A stretch of DNA of 64,000 nucleotides, from NCBI GenBank assembly GCA_950097015.1, contig CATNEN010000007.1, positions 1,488,001 through 1,552,000 of the forward strand, read 5' to 3'. A program made the position numbers and the translations under genes. The notes under the pieces were generated by a model. It did no database searches. It was given only the letters and a program-made list of their open reading frames with translations, and had not been told where the DNA came from. Positions within the stretch are counted from its first letter, which is position 1. The number at the start of each line of letters is the position of its first letter. This document shows, piece by piece, positions 63,661 to 64,000 of this stretch. The stretch comes from Macrostomum hystrix. Lineage: Eukaryota > Animalia > Platyhelminthes.

Positions 63661-64000
63661 AGGATTTATGGGGTTGCTTAAAGTGCACAGTATAGAAGAG
63701 TTTTCAGGGTCAGTTTGCAGTGAGCACAACCGATTGAATTTAGTCAGCAAAATATTTTCATAAAGGAAACGATTGCACTATAAGGATTAAGCAAAAATTT
63801 GAATCTCAAATAAAATAAATAGTGAATGGTGTGAGACTGCGCATTTGCAACCAGCCAATTTAAGTCATTAGCACTTGCAACAAGCGAATGGTCCGCTTGA
63901 GGGCCAGACCAAGGGGATAATAAAACTTATCCCATAAATCCCAAAGCTCCCAATCGACACAAGGCCTCAGTAAATCACTCAGAGTTAGCAGAGCAGCTCT

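Overview
This is eukaryotic (animal) genomic DNA, not prokaryotic. It has spliceosomal introns, GC-rich exons with poly-CAG tracts, and about 30 unrelated 6-84 bp tandem arrays. The style resembles a free-living flatworm such as Macrostomum; that is an inference, not a proven identification. Five spliced genes can be reconstructed with frame-consistent splice sites: (1) the first coding exon of a secreted CAP/SCP protein (minus strand, runs off the left edge); (2) a 3-exon Scratch-family zinc-finger repressor (minus, 557 aa); (3) a 5-exon ACBD3/TMED8-like Q+GOLD protein that appears to lack the acyl-CoA-binding domain (plus, 352 aa); (4) a SEL1L/HRD3 ERAD gene with 10 main exons (plus, about 870 aa); (5) the last two exons of a QRFP/orexin-like neuropeptide GPCR (minus, runs off the right edge). 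Almost all other long ORFs in the supplied track are translations of tandem repeats. Mobile DNA includes three copies of a tRNA-headed CORE-like SINE, a 1-kb foldback/TIR element and a two-copy dispersed repeat. The most striking observation is a 1.9-kb, nearly CpG-free block at 36.5-38.4 kb. Its copy of the dispersed repeat differs from an intronic twin almost entirely by one-directional C>T/G>A changes, in both CpG and CpA/TpG contexts, which resembles RIP or methylation-driven hypermutation. Other leads are an operon-like ACBD3-SEL1L junction, a Scratch without a SNAG domain, and a required GC-AG intron. No CRISPR array, rRNA or intact tRNA was found.
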